From the human T2T-CHM13v2.0 reference genome, Homo sapiens: a stretch of 64,000 nucleotides of DNA. Made by a program: the position numbers and the translations under genes. The stretch lies in the NCBI RefSeq assembly GCF_009914755.1, contig NC_060947.1; one strand, given 5' to 3'. Shown here in pieces: positions 55,163-64,000 of this stretch (within the stretch, counting starts at the first letter, position 1; the number at the start of each line of letters is the position of its first letter). The notes below the pieces were generated by a model that saw only the letters and a list, made by a program, of their open reading frames with translations, had not been told where the DNA came from and ran no database searches.

Positions 55163-55702
55163 GTGCCACTGCAGGAACCTCAGGAACAAATGGCTAATCA
55201 AGAGAAGAAGCCCAATAAGTTGTCATTTTTACCTCACGACATGGAGAGAGAACTGGGTCCAGGGGTGGGTGGGCTTCAAGAGCTATCAGCTCTCCTCAGT
55301 ATCCCTCTCCCCAGGGTCTCACTTGCATTCATGGATTCATTGGAGACATATCAGTCATGGGAACTGCAGCAGAGAAGATTACAGTCCAGAAGGTATGATG
55401 AAATGTGCACACTGGATGAGAATCTAAGTTGACAATGCTATGTGCATACAAGAGGTACAACTCCTAATACGACTACACTTTTTGGTTTCATTCACCTCCT
55501 ATTCTTCAATATGACAATTTCCCACACTCCCTCTCCACAATCACCCAACACATCTTGCTCCATTCTCACTTAGGGGATGACCTTACATTTTACTTCATCA
55601 AAAACACCAAAACAATCCAAAGGGAATTTTCACAAGCTTCCACATCTCTCCAACCACCTTCACCTGAGCCATGTATTTGGTCTTCTGTTCCATTACACTG
55701 GG

Positions 55703-55758
55703 TTAATTTGAGTTCTCCAGAGAAACAGAACCAACAGGATGTGTGTGTACGTATATGC

Positions 55759-55807
<49 letters not shown>

Positions 55808-55808
55808 G

Positions 55809-55839
<31 letters not shown>

Positions 55840-56190
55840 TAGACTTTAAGGAATTGGCTCACACAGTTGTTAGGGCTGGCAGGTCTAAAATCTGCAGGGT
55901 AGGTTGGCAGGCTGGAGACCCAGGAAAGAGTTGATGTTGCAGTTCAAGTCCAAAGGCACTCTGGAAGCAGAATTCCCTCTTCTTTGGGGTACTTCAGTTT
56001 TCCTTAAGGCCTTCAACTGATTGCCTGAGGCCCACTCATATTATACAAGGGAATCTGCTTTACTCAAACTGTACTGATTTAAATGTTAATCACATCCAAA
56101 ACACCCTCACAGAAATATTCAGGATAATGTTTAACCAAATATCTGGGTAATGCAGCCCAGCCAAGATGACACATAAAATTAACTATCACA
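55703..56190 (-). mobile_element. MLT2-type ERVL solo LTR
   Basis: gttctccagagaaacagaaccaacagga...aaggaattggctcac...gacacataaaattaactatcaca. Confidence 0.88.
55759..55843 (+). repeat. Compound (GATA)n(GACA)n tetranucleotide STR
   Basis: About 11 GATA plus about 6 GACA units within MLT2. Confidence 0.95.
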
Positions 56191-56199
56191 CTGGGTTAA

Positions 56200-59847
<3,648 letters not shown>

Positions 59848-59981
59848 AAATACTTTGGATATACTAATGACCTCAAAGTTACTCCAATAAATGTGTAACT
59901 GCATGCTGGAATCAACCCAAAGAAAGAAAGATACACTGTGCTATGAGATCATATGCCAGGGGTTCTTGTCCCAATCTAAAA

Positions 59982-60193
59982 CAGGTGTTTACAAACTTTG
60001 GCCTGTAGGCCAATATTCAGCTTGCAATCTGTTTTTGCCAATAAAGTCTTATTGGAACAGAGCTACACCCATTTGTGTACTATAAAGCTGCTTTTTATAC
60101 TACAATGGCAGAGTTTAATCTTTGTGACAGAGATTATACTGCCAGCAAACCTGAAAATATTTACTGTTTGGCCCAGAAATTTGTTGACCCCTG
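59982..60193. mobile_element. MER58A-like
   Basis: caggtgtttacaaac...aataaagtcttattggaaca...cctgaaaatatttact...ttgacccctg. Confidence 0.78.
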
Positions 60194-60442
60194 GCTGGGA
60201 GATCAAGGAACACATGATATTTGAATTGAGGTCGGAAATATGAATAGGAGTCATCCAGGCAAAGGGGAGACAAGAGCATTTCAAGGCACTAGAACAGCAC
60301 TGTACAAGCCTTGAGAGGGAAGGGAGCATGGGGAATCAGAGGACCTAATGGAAAGCTAGTATGCCTGGAGAACGGGTTCAACATACCAAACAAGGCTGAT
60401 TAATGGTGGAGGCAGTTGTGTACCTCACAAATATTGCATAAA

Positions 60443-60602
60443 CCAGTGCTTCCAAAACTTTATTATGTGTTAAAATAAAAACACCTGTTAAAATGCAGAT
60501 TCTGATTCAATAGGTCTGGGATGGGTCCTGTGATGTTGCATTTTAAGCAAGGATCAGGGGACGCTTAAGTGGTATGTCTTCAGATCACATTTTGAATAGG
60601 AA
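60443..60602. mobile_element. MER5-family element within L2 relics (60200-60850)
   Basis: cagtgcttccaaaactt...tgttaaaatgcagattctgattcaataggtctggg. Confidence 0.75.
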
Positions 60603-61199
60603 GCCATGCTGAGTGGTTGGATAAGAGGCATCGGCGGGGGAAGAAGGAATAAAGGATGATTCCAAATTTCTAACTTGAGCAACCAGGTAATGCCACTCAC
60701 TGGGATGAGAATACTGGGGACCAAGAACGTTTGAAGATGGAGACACTGAGTTTAGTCTTGGATGAGCTAAATTTGTGGTGCTGATGGGGACATTTAGGTG
60801 TAGACCAGCAGGTAGTTGAATATTGAAGGTTGAATTTAAAGGGGGAAATTGGTACTAAGGGAGGGTTTTTCAAAATTAGTTGAATGAGACTTATGCATTT
60901 TGATAGGCTGGGGAAAGGAAGGTTTAATGGGGATGTATCCAGAGGAATTGCTCCCCTTGGACAGGAAGAGGTGGGTGTGTGAAAGGTAAAAATGTTTGTT
61001 TCTGTAGATGTGGTGGGTGGAGGGGAGCTTGAAGGCACTCTCACTGTTTGCCCCTATTTCTCTTGTGAAAAAGGAAGCAAGGTCATCTGCTGACAATGGA
61101 GAGATAGAGTTGAGAATGGAAGAAGGGGGACACATTTATGATATGTGTATGTGAAACGTCAGTAATTTGTGTCTTCAGATAAAATTGTATTTTATTTTA

Positions 61200-61400
61200 A
61201 GCAGTGTGGCTGTATGGTGTGGTGGAAAAAGCCTGAAACTTGGATAGAATCAAGAAACCAGGGTTTTAGTACCAGCCCTGGTATTGACTCACTATTTGAC
61301 ACTTGACAAATCGTTTTCCCTGTCTGGGCTTCAATTTCCTTATTTATAAAATGAGAGGGGTGGGAATTTATTTCAAGGTGTCATGCAGTTTGATGGTTCT
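61200..61400 (+). mobile_element. MIR (MIR3/MIRc-like)
   Basis: ggtgtggtggaaaaagcctgaaacttgga...ccctgtctgggcttcaatttccttatttataaaatgag. Confidence 0.75.
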
Positions 61401-62512
61401 GAGTCAATACCAAAAAATTTAAATTTAGCATATAAATGAAAACAAATATTTACATTATATATAGAATCGTAATGAGAAATACTATGTCAAAAATTGGATG
61501 CGATTCAAATATACATTTTATTTTAAGTCACCCTAAAAGTAATTGATGCATTAGAAAAGATAAGAAATTCTATAAAGATATAGGTCTGTTAGGATTTCTG
61601 ACTAAGGGTGTGCAATAATATATAACACTCATAATCTTTAAACTGTTTGGTAGTCATAAATCTGTCTTCACAAAATACCCTGGGAGACTGTTTCCCTTTT
61701 AAGATGGTATGGAAACTGAGGCAAGGAAATTGTGACTTGTCTAGAGCTTTGAAGGAATCTTGCAGTCCTGTTTATTAAAGCCAGGACGTGAGAAGGGTCA
61801 TATTTGGCTGATTTTCTTTACTTGAAATGAAAAGGCCCTGGAGGAAGCTTGTAGGGAAACTGGATCATGTCACCTTCACCTAATGACATGAAGCATATCC
61901 TATCAACAAGATTATCTTCTTTTAAGGGATACTTTAGAAGCTTCTTGAGAGCAGAAAACTATATACAACCCGTCTGGATATTTTTTACAGTTTCTAAAAC
62001 GCATAGTAGGAACTAAATATGTAGTAGTTGAATAAGATTTTCTTTTTAAGCATTGTGTTTTAGAATGAGAAAATTAGACTTTTCCCAGTAATGCCTTGCC
62101 ATAATCAGAAAAGTAATGGCTGATCCTCAGGTTCAGAGTTTTGCTCACAGAGAAGTGAGCTCTTATACTTTGTTCCTGGCAGGAAATTTGTTCTTGCCCA
62201 ACTTGCTCTCTGGAATGAGAAAGTGGACTTTGGCCTTTTACTAAGCTCCTGTGTCCCAGTGTAACTGAAAATTTTCTTTACTGTTTTCCCATCTAGATGT
62301 TCAAAGCAATGGTGCCTCCTCCTATCTACCCCAAAGGTTTTTGTAATGATAGCTCTTCAGGACACTGAGCTCTTAGAAGAAAGGTATATATAGATGAAAA
62401 GTACTATCATATACAAAACAGACACTTTTCAGCCAAGATACATTTTAAAACCAAAATGAATACAGTTTCTGGAGTGTCAGTTAATAAATATAAATGAATA
62501 TACTGAACTTAT

Positions 62513-62583
62513 CTGCATCATAGGGGAACTGAAAGAAGTAATTGATGCTTATAAACTTTCTGGAAGTCTTTGAATTAAAGAGT
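62513..62583 (-). pseudogene. Candidate MROH-like exon relic (71 nt) with mutated donor
   Basis: cattttag| acceptor; cag|ATaagt (GT>AT); DSLIQRLPESL*ASITSFSSPMMQ versus recalled MROH2B [23 protein letters not shown]. Confidence 0.45.
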
Positions 62584-62810
62584 CTAAAATGTGTAAAGTA
62601 TGATTACCTTCCTTATTATGAAAGTTATAATTAATACACACACACATTGTTCAATTCAGATTCACAGCTAGGACTTGTTTAAATTGAACAAACCCTTTAA
62701 AATTAATATTTGGGGAGGTAGTCTCTATTCCCTCTAGAGTTCTCACTCATTTGGGTGGGCACAAACTTATACAGATTCTAGTCTCACCCAAGTACATTCT
62801 GCCACCTGTA

Positions 62811-63103
<293 letters not shown>

Positions 63104-63251
63104 CTGCCACCTGTATTTTATAATTTTAGTAATCTGCCTTGCATTCATGGCAGGAAAAACTTAAATAACCCTGTGTTATTTATTCAAGCTTCACAGAAAT
63201 CAGGAGCCAAATAAGAGGGAGGAGAGATATTTCTGCATTTAGCAAGGTTAC

Positions 63252-63390
63252 TTCAGATGGCTGGACGTTCTCTGTGACATTTGCTTTAAAAATATTCTTC
63301 CAGTTTCATTAAACTGTCTTTGATAGATATCAACCAAATATTCCCTGTAGTCTAGTTTTTCACATTCCTAAATGATTGGCATTAGAGTTA
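63252..63390 (-). pseudogene. Candidate MROH-like exon relic
   Basis: LMPII*ECEKLDYREYLVDIYQRQFNET versus recalled MROH2B [32 protein letters not shown]. Confidence 0.5.
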
Positions 63391-63680
63391 GAAGGGGAAA
63401 AGGGATATACGAGTAAATGGGCTGAGATGGGGGGCAGACAGTTGGAAGAACTCATGGGGCAGGGCAAAGGAGTGACCAGTATTCATTAAGCAACAAAAAG
63501 CTGTGGAACTTTTTAGAAGTATACTGTATTTTCATTCATTTGCTGAGAATGTAGATACAATTTGTTCAGATTACAAAGGAATGTCCCACTTAGGAACATA
63601 CTGTTCAGAAGGACAGAGAACAAAATGTTTCTGCCCAAGCTCACTTGCTCAGGGTGTGCTAGGGAAAAGAAAAAACTTAC

Positions 63681-63755
63681 CATTTTTATAGTTCAAAACC
63701 ACTCGAATACTCTCCACTGTAAAATTCTTTTAACTTTGCTGTGGATTTGAATTTT
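63681..63755 (-). pseudogene. Exon relic (75 nt) with strong splice sites and a stop in every frame
   Basis: ttctatttttcctctgacattttattgtag| acceptor, atg|gtaagt donor; NSNPQQS*KNFTVESIRVVLNYKN versus recalled MROH1 AAAQMEDKKPFILSSMRLPLLDTNSK. Confidence 0.6.
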
Positions 63756-64000
63756 CTACAATAAAATGTCAGAGGAAAAAATAGAAATGTCTCTTTACTC
63801 CTATTCCACTACCACCCCTCCCTACTTCAGGCATCAAGCACACAGAATCAGAGCTCAGTGAATCTTTCTAATTACTTTGTAAATTATATATTCTAGAATG
63901 TTCTTTGCCATTCTAAGGTGAAATTTAGGCATTCCTCTCTCATCACCTAAGGAGGCGACAATAATATTATCAGAGCCGAACTATAGTAAGAGGTCTTTAA

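Overview
This is primate (hominoid-like: AluY, L1PA3-5 present) DNA made almost entirely of interspersed repeats, with no intact protein-coding gene. All long ORFs in the track are L1 ORF1/ORF2/ORF0 remnants or low-complexity artefacts. It holds three co-oriented minus-strand L1PA4/5-type elements (1-4034, 23670-29775, 45097-51210), a 5'-inverted L1PA3 (56903-59847), a full-length L1MA carrying nested insertions (35638-52924), and Alus, MaLR/ERVL LTRs, DNA transposons, MIR/L2 relics and STRs. Three things stand out. (1) About a dozen decayed minus-strand exons between the repeats (63.7 kb down to ~4.9 kb) translate, in collinear order, to peptides resembling MROH (maestro HEAT-like repeat) proteins, suggesting an unprocessed MROH-family pseudogene. 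(2) The three L1PA copies have unrelated flanks yet share the same ORF2 nonsense mutation and many other non-consensus variants in a mosaic pattern, pointing to local gene conversion or a non-autonomous L1 lineage. (3) There are several repair/retrocopy scars, including a perfect 67-bp inverted copy dropped into a (TA)n tract and a block of older repeats sitting inside a younger L1. Subfamily names and protein similarities come from recalled consensus sequences, not from searches.
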